42,408 nt of DNA from positions 1 through 42,408 of IMG/VR virus record IMGVR_UViG_3300020258_000011; one strand, written 5' to 3'. The stretch comes from a virus (taxonomy: Duplodnaviria; Caudoviricetes). Each line of letters begins with the position of its first letter. Positions within the stretch are counted from its first letter, which is position 1. The notes below the pieces were generated by a model. The model had not been told where the DNA came from and did not search any database. It saw nothing but the letters and a program-made list of their open reading frames with translations. Made by a program: the position numbers and the translations under genes. Shown here in pieces: positions 25,700-33,989 of the stretch.

Positions 25700-26598
25700 T
25701 CACTGGTGCTGCTGGTATGATGGGTACTCATCTTTATGATGCCTTAAAGCAAGACAATAAAGATGTACTAGCAACATACCATAAGCCAACTATTGATAGT
25801 AGAGATAAGTACCTGGATAATCTAGAAGACCAGATTCATCTTGACCTTACCTCTTTCTCAAGTGTGCTCAAGAATATTGAGTTGTTTAAACCTAAGGTTA
25901 TTTTTCACCTTGCAGCACAAAGTAGACCTGATGTTTCATTCAAGTTTGTAAAGCATACACTTACTACAAACATCATTGGAACACAAAATCTACTGGAAGC
26001 TTGTAGGGTATTGAATCATAGACCATTGATCATTAATGCATCATCATCTGCTGTATATGGTGATATTGATTGGACTACACCACCAGATGAAGAGTCACCC
26101 ACCAAACCACTGTCTCCTTATGGGACAAGTAAACTTGCACAGGAGCATCTGGTTAGGAACTATTATGAGATGGGTTGTATTGACTTTGTGAATGTACGTA
26201 TCTTCAACTGCACTGGTCCTAGGAAGACTGGTGATCTTGTGTCTGATGTTTGTAGAAGAGTTGTTTTTAGTGAGGACTCTATTCCTGTTGGCAACATGGG
26301 TGCAATCAGATCTATTGTAGATGTGAGAGACCTTGTAAGAGGATTAATCCTGTGTGAAAATATCAAGAACACCACCATCAATATTGGTGGCACTGAGATA
26401 CATGGTGTTGGTAAGATTATCAATCTTATTGTAGGTGATAGATCAATCTATCAAGATAAAGAATTATTCAGACCTACTGATGAGGCAGTTATCTGGGGTA
26501 ATATAAATAAGGCAAAAGAACTTCTGGGATGGGAACCCACTATTTCCTTAGAAGAAACCATTAATGATACTCTTGATTACTGGAGAAGTTTGAAATGA
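25684..26598 (+). CDS. GDP-sugar 4,6-dehydratase/reductase (extended SDR)
   Basis: TGAAGMMG, FHLAAQS, P.SPYGTSK. Confidence 0.85.
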   Translation: MVQYLITGAAGMMGTHLYDALKQDNKDVLATYHKPTIDSRDKYLDNLEDQIHLDLTSFSSVLKNIELFKPKVIFHLAAQSRPDVSFKFVKHTLTTNIIGTQNLLEACRVLNHRPLIINASSSAVYGDIDWTTPPDEESPTKPLSPYGTSKLAQEHLVRNYYEMGCIDFVNVRIFNCTGPRKTGDLVSDVCRRVVFSEDSIPVGNMGAIRSIVDVRDLVRGLILCENIKNTTINIGGTEIHGVGKIINLIVGDRSIYQDKELFRPTDEAVIWGNINKAKELLGWEPTISLEETINDTLDYWRSLK

Positions 26599-27566
26599 AA
26601 ATCTGTTTAGTAGGACCAGGCATTATGCCTATCCCACCTGATGGTTGGGGCGCTCTAGAAAGACAGATGTGGGATAGAGCTTGTGTCTTAGGGGAGATGG
26701 GTCATGAGGGTGACATCATCAATGTCCCTGATATGGATGAGATTGTTAAAGAGTGTCTAAAAGGTGATTATGATGTGATTCATATTCACTATGATATGTT
26801 CTACCCTGTGGTAGATTATCTCTATGATAAAGTCAAGTGTCCTATATTATTCAGTAGTCACTATCCATATATTGATCAACCAGAATGGCATAAGAAAGAC
26901 GGGTACTGGAGAGTATCTGACTGGATGATTCAGAATAGAGATAAGTATTATAACTTTGCAGTATCACCTAAGGATGTTGTCTGGTATCAGAAACATGGGT
27001 GGGACAAAGATAGACTCTTTTGGTTGATGGAGGGAACTAATGACCCTGAGTTTGCATATGAAAAGGAATGCACATATCCTGATAGGTCAATCTATCTTGG
27101 TAAGATCTCTGAAAGAAAGAAGCAATACATCTATCAGGATTTGATTGGTATTGACTTTGTTGGCAAGTATGAACCTGGTACACCTTTTTATGAAAGTAGA
27201 CCCAACTACAAAGGTGAGTGGGGTAGAGAGAAGTTGTGTGGTGATTTGACTAAGTATGCCAACATGGTGCTTCTTTCTGATGGTGAAAATGGAACATCCC
27301 TTGCTATCAAAGAGGCACTGGTTGTGGGACTGGGTGTAGTTATCTCACGCCATAGTGCTGCTGAACTTGATGTGACTAAAGAGTTCATTACTGTTATACC
27401 AGATGAAAAACTGAGTGATATGGATTATATCAATCAGATGATCAAGAATAACAGAGAGTACTCTTGCACTAATAGAGAAGAGATTAGACAGTATGGAATG
27501 GATACTTTCTCTCTGACTACACTAATTGATAAGTATGTAAAAAATGTAGAAAGCATTATCAAATGA
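26595..27566 (+). CDS. Glycosyltransferase (GT4-like)
   Basis: PIPP.GWGA.E N-terminus, LLSDGE...EA. Confidence 0.75.
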   Translation: MKICLVGPGIMPIPPDGWGALERQMWDRACVLGEMGHEGDIINVPDMDEIVKECLKGDYDVIHIHYDMFYPVVDYLYDKVKCPILFSSHYPYIDQPEWHKKDGYWRVSDWMIQNRDKYYNFAVSPKDVVWYQKHGWDKDRLFWLMEGTNDPEFAYEKECTYPDRSIYLGKISERKKQYIYQDLIGIDFVGKYEPGTPFYESRPNYKGEWGREKLCGDLTKYANMVLLSDGENGTSLAIKEALVVGLGVVISRHSAAELDVTKEFITVIPDEKLSDMDYINQMIKNNREYSCTNREEIRQYGMDTFSLTTLIDKYVKNVESIIK

Positions 27567-28507
27567 AGATTAGTATTATTGGACCCAACACTCCAATTCC
27601 ACCAAAGGGTTGGGGTGCTGTTGAATCATTGATCTGGGATATGAAACTCACACTGAGTCATCTAGGACATAGTGTTCAGATTGTAAATGTTGGTGATCCC
27701 AGAAAGATCATTCAAATGATTAATGAGTTTCGTCCTGACTTTGTTCACATCAACTATGATGATTGGGTTCCCATCTACCCTTATATTCAATATCCTAGTG
27801 CAGTAACCACACACTTTGCTTACATTGAACGCCCTGAAATGATGGGTGGTTATAGACAGAGAGTGTTTGATGAATTTGCTAGAATTAAACCTAATGTGTT
27901 TGGACTATCTGAGGGTATCAATGATATCTACCACAATCTTGCTGGCATTCCTAGAGAGAGATTGTTCTTGAATCCTAATGGTGTGAACCTGGAAAAGTTC
28001 AAGGTATCTTCTAACCCAACTAATGCAGATAGATCCATATATCTTGCCAAAGTTGATTCTAGGAAGAGACAGCACTTGTTCCAGAGTATTGATTCACTCT
28101 GGTATGCAGGTAACATTGCAGATAATAGATTTGATAAAGCAAAGAATTATCTGGGTGAGTGGGAAAAAGAGAAACTACATAGGATGCTTACCAGTTATGG
28201 TAATCTCGTCCTACTGTCTGATGGTGAAGCACACCCTCTAGTCTGTCCAGAGGCATTTTCTGCTGGTCTAGGGGTTGTCATCAGTCAATGGGCTGCTGCC
28301 AACCTAGATACCACCAAGGAGTTCATCACAGTCATTCCAGAAGAAAAGATCAATGATCTGGAATATGTGGAGCAAAAGATTATTGAGAACAGAGAGTACT
28401 CTGTAAATAATAGAGAAGAGATTCTGGACTATGCAAAACAGTTTGAATGGTCTAGAATACTGAGTGAATACTTCCTGCCAAACGTTGAAAAAGTGATTCA
28501 TGGATAG
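27563..28507 (+). CDS. Glycosyltransferase (GT4-like), tandem paralog
   Basis: Same motifs; shares EFITVIP.EK and NREYS..NREEI with the previous gene. Confidence 0.75.
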   Translation: MKISIIGPNTPIPPKGWGAVESLIWDMKLTLSHLGHSVQIVNVGDPRKIIQMINEFRPDFVHINYDDWVPIYPYIQYPSAVTTHFAYIERPEMMGGYRQRVFDEFARIKPNVFGLSEGINDIYHNLAGIPRERLFLNPNGVNLEKFKVSSNPTNADRSIYLAKVDSRKRQHLFQSIDSLWYAGNIADNRFDKAKNYLGEWEKEKLHRMLTSYGNLVLLSDGEAHPLVCPEAFSAGLGVVISQWAAANLDTTKEFITVIPEEKINDLEYVEQKIIENREYSVNNREEILDYAKQFEWSRILSEYFLPNVEKVIHG

Positions 28508-29327
28508 AGATAGAAACAAATCTGTATACAAACTGAAAGGCATTGGTCCTATCTACTGTATCAATCTTGATGCGCAACCAGAGAGATGGGAATACATGGA
28601 GGATCAGTTTAAGTATTGGGAAATTGAAAACTACAAGAGAGTCTCTGCTTATGATGGTAGGGATGATGACCTTGGGGATATTCTTAAAGGCAGGTATCCT
28701 GACCATATGTCTTCTGGTGAGATTGGTTGTACCACATCACACCTAAAAGCAATTAAGGATTTCTATTACAATACTGATGAACCTTATGCTATCATGATGG
28801 AGGATGATTGCAATCTGGATCTAGTCAGGTTCTGGAACTTTACATGGAAAGACTTCTACTGTAGAATTCCTTATGACTGGGATGTAGTGCAAATTGCAAT
28901 CATCTGCACAGGTGATTTGCATGTTAGGATTCATAAACGTTTTGTGAATGAGTTCTCAACTGCGTGCTATCTTATCACCAGGCACCATGCAAAGAAGATG
29001 ATTGATCTTCATTGCAGGGGAGATAAGTACAAACTGGATAATGGAGTCAAACCACGTCCTGTGGCTGATGACCTACTCTATAATTCAGGTAATACTTATT
29101 CTCTGCCTCTCCTTCTCTATCGTATTGAGTTGGGTTCTAGTATCCACCCAGAACATATTGATGTCTTCCATAAAGGCAATTATGAGTCACAGTTAAACTA
29201 TTGGCAACATCAGGGTTGCCAGCTGACTGCTGATCAACTGATGGATTTTGACCCTTACCTTGGTAGGGTCACACAACCAACTCAAAGGGAGGAAGAGAAA
29301 CTTCCAACATATGAGGAAGGTACTTGA
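28500..29327 (+). CDS. Glycosyltransferase family 25
   Basis: YCINL....ER, GEIGC..SH, MEDD. Confidence 0.88.
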   Translation: MDRDRNKSVYKLKGIGPIYCINLDAQPERWEYMEDQFKYWEIENYKRVSAYDGRDDDLGDILKGRYPDHMSSGEIGCTTSHLKAIKDFYYNTDEPYAIMMEDDCNLDLVRFWNFTWKDFYCRIPYDWDVVQIAIICTGDLHVRIHKRFVNEFSTACYLITRHHAKKMIDLHCRGDKYKLDNGVKPRPVADDLLYNSGNTYSLPLLLYRIELGSSIHPEHIDVFHKGNYESQLNYWQHQGCQLTADQLMDFDPYLGRVTQPTQREEEKLPTYEEGT

Positions 29328-29357
29328 CAGGGGTAGACATCCCTGCTAGTATAAATA
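29324..29357 (+). promoter_or_regulatory. Overlapping early (TTGACA-17-TAGTAT) and late (TATAAATA) promoters
   Basis: Both motifs visible upstream of the OMP gene. Confidence 0.7.
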
Positions 29358-29471
29358 CTTAACCTTTTGTCTTACAGTAATTTAAGTAACAAAAGGAAAC
29401 AAACAGAACCTAGTCGAGGTTCTTTTCATCTGTGGGTAACCATTCCACAAGTAAAAAACGAGGTAATTCCA

Positions 29472-29834
29472 ATGATCAAATCTGTATTCGCAGCTACTGC
29501 TGTTCTTTTCACTTCTGCAGGTGCTGCCCTTGCAGGTCCCTACGTCAATGTAGAAGCCAACTCTGGATGGGCTGGTTCTGACTACTCTGGCACTGTTACT
29601 GATGCTCACGTAGGATACGAAGGCGCTCTTGGTGATTCCGCTGCTTGGTACATCCAAGGTGGTCCTGCTCTTGTTGCCATTGATGGCGAAGAGACTGAGA
29701 CTGAATTCAGTGGTAAAACTGGTGCTTCAGTTGCTCTGACTGAATCCCTGTCTGCTTATGGTGAAGTCTCCTTCATCACTGGCGATGATGACAACAGCTA
29801 TGGAACCAAAGCTGGACTGAAGTTCAACTTCTGA
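29472..29834 (+). CDS. Small outer-membrane beta-barrel-like protein with signal peptide
   Basis: GAGG SD, signal peptide ending ALA, alternating beta pattern, C-terminal Phe (KFNF). Confidence 0.75.
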   Translation: MIKSVFAATAVLFTSAGAALAGPYVNVEANSGWAGSDYSGTVTDAHVGYEGALGDSAAWYIQGGPALVAIDGEETETEFSGKTGASVALTESLSAYGEVSFITGDDDNSYGTKAGLKFNF

Positions 29835-29852
29835 TCTTATATGTTATAATTG

Positions 29853-29879
29853 GAGGGTCCAAGAGGACCCTCTTTTTTT
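29853..29879 (+). terminator. Rho-independent terminator
   Basis: GAGGGTCC-AAGA-GGACCCTC followed by T7. Confidence 0.9.
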
Positions 29880-29892
29880 ATGGAGAAAAATA

Positions 29893-30099
29893 ATGGACTA
29901 TGATTCTATTGACCTTTGTATAAGGTCTATTACTCCCTCTGAGACCAACCCAGAAGTGGTTGTGCTGGATATGCCATCTAGGTATGATCTATCCCCACAG
30001 AAACCTGCAGAAGTGTCACTAACAGTTGTTGACTTTATTCAAGAGAGATATAATATTGTTATGTGTCCTCCTGGTTGGCCAACACCTCCTACTGAATGA
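29893..30099 (+). CDS. Hypothetical protein
   Basis: GGAG SD. Confidence 0.6.
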   Translation: MDYDSIDLCIRSITPSETNPEVVVLDMPSRYDLSPQKPAEVSLTVVDFIQERYNIVMCPPGWPTPPTE

Positions 30100-30278
30100 A
30101 AAAGTATTTTCTTTCTCTAACATCTAATCCTATAGTTCATATCAATGTATTGCTTTTGGGATGCCTGATTATCATTGGTCAGGTACACAACAACTATCAT
30201 CATGATATGACTAAAGATGCAGATTCTTTTGTTTATAACTGGTGTAGATCAAATCCAGGTAAGTGTTCCAGTTACTAA
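30096..30278 (+). CDS. Small membrane protein
   Basis: ATGA coupling, hydrophobic helix. Confidence 0.6.
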   Translation: MKKYFLSLTSNPIVHINVLLLGCLIIIGQVHNNYHHDMTKDADSFVYNWCRSNPGKCSSY

Positions 30279-30294
30279 AGTGTCCACTTTCAAT

Positions 30295-30323
30295 TTGACA
30301 AATGTTAAAAAATTATATATAAT
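30295..30323 (+). promoter_or_regulatory. Consensus sigma70 promoter of the hli operon
   Basis: TTGACA-17-TATAAT. Confidence 0.85.
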
Positions 30324-30352
30324 GTAACAATACTTCACACATTGGAGAAACC

Positions 30353-30562
30353 ATGACTGTAACAACAGAAGAAGGTGGACGCACAAACATGTGGGCTACT
30401 GAACCAAGAATGTACATGACCAAGGAAACCCTTGACCGTTATGGCATTGAGACTCACAATGAGTTCGCTGAAAAGTTGAATGGTCGTGCTGCAATGTTGG
30501 GTATTGTCGCTGGGTTTATTTCATATGCCTTTACAGGACACTTATTCTTTGGTATCATCTAG
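30353..30562 (+). CDS. hli: High-light-inducible protein
   Basis: AEKLNGRAAMLG chlorophyll-binding motif. Confidence 0.93.
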   Translation: MTVTTEEGGRTNMWATEPRMYMTKETLDRYGIETHNEFAEKLNGRAAMLGIVAGFISYAFTGHLFFGII

Positions 30563-30592
30563 TATAACTAGAAGATATACTTAGAAGCTTAT

Positions 30593-30742
30593 ATGAGCAA
30601 CCCCAATGCTCTCTATGAAGATATGGAGAGACTAAATGCCCTATACGAAGAACTCTGCTGGGGGCACGATGATGAACTTGTTTTCACACACGAAAATGGC
30701 AGAGTTATTGTTTACAACAAAACACTAGAGGAAAAACAATGA
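30593..30742 (+). CDS. Hypothetical protein (49 aa, MSNPNALYEDM...)
   Basis: Open frame coupled to the second hli by ATGA. Confidence 0.6.
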   Translation: MSNPNALYEDMERLNALYEELCWGHDDELVFTHENGRVIVYNKTLEEKQ

Positions 30743-30846
30743 ACGAAAAAGCAGAACGCATCAATGGTTGGGCAGCTATGCTGGGTGTAGTTGCAGCAAT
30801 GGGATCTTATGCAGTATCAGGTCAAATCATTCCTGGTATCTGGTGA
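30739..30846 (+). CDS. hli: High-light-inducible protein (35 aa)
   Basis: MNEKAERINGWAAMLG...GQIIPGIW; GAGG SD; missed by the ORF track. Confidence 0.92.
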   Translation: MNEKAERINGWAAMLGVVAAMGSYAVSGQIIPGIW

Positions 30847-30911
30847 TGGGATTCCTAGTAGCAGCGCTGCTGTTACTGGTTCCAGTATTTGCAGCAGTGA
30901 GAGATTCATGA
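30846..30911 (+). CDS. 21-aa hydrophobic peptide
   Basis: MGFLVAALLLLVPVFAAVRDS; coupled at both ends (TGATG, ATGA). Confidence 0.5.
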   Translation: MGFLVAALLLLVPVFAAVRDS

Positions 30912-31057
30912 ACTACGATTGGACACTATTTCAAACACTAGTGTTCATCATTACTCCATACTTCCTCATGCTTGCACTGGCAAGAAAAGATGAGGATGAT
31001 GGTGGACCACCAGATGGTGGAATGATGACACCAATATACCAAGGAACAGGGGCTTAA
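30908..31057 (+). CDS. Small membrane protein (49 aa)
   Basis: ATG 30908; TM helix then DEDDGGPPDGGMM. Confidence 0.65.
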   Translation: MNYDWTLFQTLVFIITPYFLMLALARKDEDDGGPPDGGMMTPIYQGTGA

Positions 31058-31071
31058 TTGCCCCTTTTTTT
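31048..31071 (+). terminator. Rho-independent terminator
   Basis: AGGGGC-TTAATT-GCCCCT followed by a T-run. Confidence 0.75.
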
Positions 31072-31078
31072 ATAAATA
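31071..31078 (+). promoter_or_regulatory. Late promoter TATAAATA
   Basis: Exact consensus. Confidence 0.7.
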
Positions 31079-31099
31079 TTATTACCCTGAACTCCACAT

Positions 31100-31402
31100 A
31101 TGCTAGGCAAATCCAAAGCAAAGGAAGAGGATAATGAAGATAAAAGTGAAGTACTTGGTAATCTAGTAAAAGTTGTAGTCCTTATTTGGTCTGCATCTCT
31201 CCTCACTTTCAGTTATGTAAGACTCCCTAATGGTCAGAAGATTTTAGATTTTGATCCTACCTTCATAGCCTCAGTTTTCAGTGGATCACTCGCTGCCTTT
31301 GGATTGAGTCCAGCTAAGGCAGGTGGCAATGGGTCTGCACCAGCAAAGAAAAAGAAAGAAGAAGAACCACCAGTAGTATCAGCAGTAGAGCCTAGAAAAT
31401 AA
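31100..31402 (+). CDS. Two-TM membrane protein
   Basis: Two hydrophobic segments, charged tail, late promoter. Confidence 0.7.
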   Translation: MLGKSKAKEEDNEDKSEVLGNLVKVVVLIWSASLLTFSYVRLPNGQKILDFDPTFIASVFSGSLAAFGLSPAKAGGNGSAPAKKKKEEEPPVVSAVEPRK

Positions 31403-31601
31403 TGTACAGAGAACCTCATCTACAACAGAAGGCTGATGAGTGTTCTTTGCTATGGCACAAATGGCATTCTCTCTGGCGAAAAAAGCATTAGGTGCGCCTG
31501 AGGCGAGAGGTGAATGGGGCAAATGTTGTAAAGAATTAGGTGAAATGGTGAGTGAGGAAGTCAAGACAAATCCAAGGTATAATTCTATGCGTAAAATATA
31601 G
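31402..31601 (+). CDS. Small gene with a probable -1 frameshift at A_AAA_AAG (29 aa / 66 aa products)
   Basis: Frame 0 stops at 31491; the -1 frame stays open to 31601. Confidence 0.55.
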
Positions 31602-31624
31602 ATAGTGTAGTTGCATAGACAGTT

Positions 31625-31966
31625 ATGAAGGTTATTCGTACTGCAATTATTGCTACAATAGCAGCCATGGTATTCTTTATTCCAAAGTTAGCATATGCTG
31701 TTGATGTCACCATGGGATCAAATGGTAACTTGATTTTTGACCCATCAGAGATTACAATAGATGCAGGAGATACTATTCATTTCGTGAATGGTATGCTCCC
31801 ACCCCACAACATTATTGTTGAGGGGCGTGCAGATCTCTCAAGAGAATCACTGATGTTTAATCCTGGTGAATCACAAGACATTACCTTTGCTGATGCTGGA
31901 GATTATGACTTCTTCTGTGGTCCTCATCAAGGGGCAGGTATGGTAGGAACTATTCACGTTAACTAA
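31625..31966 (+). CDS. petE: Plastocyanin
   Basis: Signal peptide, PHN, C.PH.GAGM copper ligands. Confidence 0.95.
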   Translation: MKVIRTAIIATIAAMVFFIPKLAYAVDVTMGSNGNLIFDPSEITIDAGDTIHFVNGMLPPHNIIVEGRADLSRESLMFNPGESQDITFADAGDYDFFCGPHQGAGMVGTIHVN

Positions 31967-32619
31967 TGAAAATATTTTTAGACACAGCAGACTCCAAAGA
32001 GATTGGAAAAGCATATGAGACAGGTCTCATTGATGGAGTAACAACTAATCCTACTCTGATTTTAAAATCAGGTAGAACTATTGAAGCAGTTGCATCAGAA
32101 CTTATCTCCTGGTGTCCTAATCTGATTAGTATCTCAACAGAGGTAGTAGCAGACACAGCAGATGAGATGGTGGAGCAAGCAAGGAAGTACATCCCACTTG
32201 GTAATCCCATCACTGTGAAAGTTCCTTGCACAGTTGAGGGACTTAAAGCATGTAAGATCCTTTCAGATGAAGGAGTTTCAGTCAATGTGACTCTTATCTT
32301 TACTGTCTCACAGGCAATCCTTGCAGCAAAAGCAGGAGCAGATTATGTTTCTCCCTTTGTTGGTAGGATGAATGATAACTCTCTGAGTGGAGTTGCATTG
32401 GTTGGATCTATTGCAGACACTTACAGAACACATGGTGTGAGAACACAGGTTCTTGCTGCCTCCCTTCGTGATGTTCATCATGTTGGGCGTTGCTTTGCAG
32501 CAGGGGCACAGGTTTGTACTATTCCACCCAAAGTATTCTGGGGAATGTATAAGCACATTCTCACAGACAAAGGATTGGAACTATTTCAAGCTGATTGGGA
32601 ATCTGCTAATGCTATCTGA
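31966..32619 (+). CDS. talC: Transaldolase (TalC/FSA type)
   Basis: FLDTAD, GVTTNPTL, VKVP, NVTL.F, YVSPFVGR. Confidence 0.95.
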   Translation: MKIFLDTADSKEIGKAYETGLIDGVTTNPTLILKSGRTIEAVASELISWCPNLISISTEVVADTADEMVEQARKYIPLGNPITVKVPCTVEGLKACKILSDEGVSVNVTLIFTVSQAILAAKAGADYVSPFVGRMNDNSLSGVALVGSIADTYRTHGVRTQVLAASLRDVHHVGRCFAAGAQVCTIPPKVFWGMYKHILTDKGLELFQADWESANAI

Positions 32620-32806
32620 TGCACTTAAATGGGTAGCAATCCCATTTGTATTATCCACAATATATTTTGCATTCCATAAAGGTGAGAATGTTTATTATGA
32701 ATCAGATGCATATGATGGAAATGGGACAGCACATCCTGTCCTATTTGAAGAGACCACCTGTAAAAGGAGGGAAACAGCAGATGGATCAAGAAGAGATCAA
32801 GCATAG
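32609..32806 (+). CDS. Small membrane protein
   Basis: ATG 32609; TM helix then YYESDAYDGNGTAH. Confidence 0.55.
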   Translation: MLSDALKWVAIPFVLSTIYFAFHKGENVYYESDAYDGNGTAHPVLFEETTCKRRETADGSRRDQA

Positions 32807-32987
32807 ATATGGATTTGCAATGTGCGCTTTCTCCAGAATGTATGGACCAAGGGCAGTCAATGGGTCAACAGGCATCCACAAGTTCTGTCATCAATGGGCA
32901 GAGTCTGAGATGCCTACCCCAACAGGAACACTAGTCTCTATCAACTTTTACTTTAAGGACTTGTGGGATGTCTGGGGAAGAGAATAA
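32781..32987 (+). CDS. Hypothetical protein
   Basis: AGGAGG SD before ATG 32781. Confidence 0.65.
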   Translation: MDQEEIKHRYGFAMCAFSRMYGPRAVNGSTGIHKFCHQWAESEMPTPTGTLVSINFYFKDLWDVWGRE

Positions 32988-33108
32988 AAAGATAGAAAAC
33001 AGATGGTGCAGAAGTGCTGTCTGTGGATCAGAACCATTCATACCAGACTCTGAGTATGATGGGGAGGATTGTGAGTTAACCTGTAACGTAAATAGAGAAG
33101 AGAAATGA
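32968..33108 (+). CDS. Hypothetical Cys-containing peptide (46 aa)
   Basis: Open frame, ATGA-coupled to the next ORF. Confidence 0.5.
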   Translation: MSGEENKKIENRWCRSAVCGSEPFIPDSEYDGEDCELTCNVNREEK

Positions 33109-33254
33109 TTCTATTTGTTCGCCACTGGATGGAGTCACCACCAGCATTGGGGTTCTTAGCTTTTATTTTAATCTGTGTTCCTATCATTGGAATGGACTTA
33201 GTTCATAGATATAGATGGGAACATTGGGAACCATTTTACAAACAACATAAATGA
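33105..33254 (+). CDS. Small membrane protein (49 aa)
   Basis: TM helix, WEHWEPF tail, coupled at both ends. Confidence 0.55.
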   Translation: MILFVRHWMESPPALGFLAFILICVPIIGMDLVHRYRWEHWEPFYKQHK

Positions 33255-33460
33255 ATACAGCAGTCCTTTTAGCATGTTTATCACCCATTATTATAATTTT
33301 TATTATAATGAAGATAGTGGTGTTCTTTTCAGGAGTTTACTCTGAGGAAAAATATGTTGAATCAGAATCCAGAAAACCTCACGGACCCTACTTGGCAGAT
33401 GCATATGCAGATGTTGACGCAGAGGAAGAGGAGTATGGAGATCGCACAGATTATAGATGA
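33251..33460 (+). CDS. Small membrane protein
   Basis: N-terminal TM helix. Confidence 0.6.
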   Translation: MNTAVLLACLSPIIIIFIIMKIVVFFSGVYSEEKYVESESRKPHGPYLADAYADVDAEEEEYGDRTDYR

Positions 33461-33584
33461 TGCTCTCTATCAATACTATGTTGTGGAGCAAGGTAAAGAG
33501 GTTCCAAATTGGAGATACATAAAGGATCAAGATTGGTGGATTGAATATCTTGACTCTTTAGGTATCCCAAGAAGAAACCCATGA
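33435..33584 (+). CDS. Hypothetical protein (49 aa)
   Basis: ATG 33435 after GAGG-rich sequence. Confidence 0.55.
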   Translation: MEIAQIIDDALYQYYVVEQGKEVPNWRYIKDQDWWIEYLDSLGIPRRNP

Positions 33585-33787
33585 ACCTTTTACTTAGACC
33601 ATTAGAGAATAATAATGACCCTGTATGGAGTGTTATCATTTCCTTGATAATACTCCTTTCTGGCGTTACATATTACATATATACACTTATGGATATGGCA
33701 TTTGAGGAATTAAAAGATGTCGAATCAGATCAACCAGAAGGATGCGGACCAGGATCAACAGATAGCACTCCTGGTACATCGCATTGA
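33581..33787 (+). CDS. Small membrane protein
   Basis: TM helix; ATGA coupling. Confidence 0.55.
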   Translation: MNLLLRPLENNNDPVWSVIISLIILLSGVTYYIYTLMDMAFEELKDVESDQPEGCGPGSTDSTPGTSH

Positions 33788-33989
33788 GGATTCTGAAAAA
33801 CTTTCAGAAGAACTTCGTGACAGAGTTCGTAAATTAGAACGCTGGGTCTGGGGTGCTGGTGCTGTCATATCTGCAGCAATCACAATTATTGGTTTAGCAA
33901 TGGCAGCAGATGCCAAGGAGGTTAACTATGGGGGCTATGACACCGCCAAGCAGGAAGAGTTGCTACAATTTCAGAGTAGTAGAGATTAA
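33717..33989 (+). CDS. Coiled-coil plus TM small protein
   Basis: GAGG SD; RVRKLERWVWGAGAVI. Confidence 0.6.
   Translation: MSNQINQKDADQDQQIALLVHRIEDSEKLSEELRDRVRKLERWVWGAGAVISAAITIIGLAMAADAKEVNYGGYDTAKQEELLQFQSSRD

Noticed and set aside
18048-29196. Short +1 ORFs inside glycan-island genes (18048, 20663, 21703, 28023, 28543, 29002)
   Set aside because: No clear CpG/codon shift or initiation signal; consistent with chance open frames
29367-29471. N-terminal extension of the OMP ORF
   Set aside because: The SD and signal peptide support ATG 29472; the region looks like a structured leader
30791-30907. Track ORF 30791-31057 as a single 88-aa gene
   Set aside because: Better explained by the short hli, a 21-aa peptide and an ORF starting at 30908
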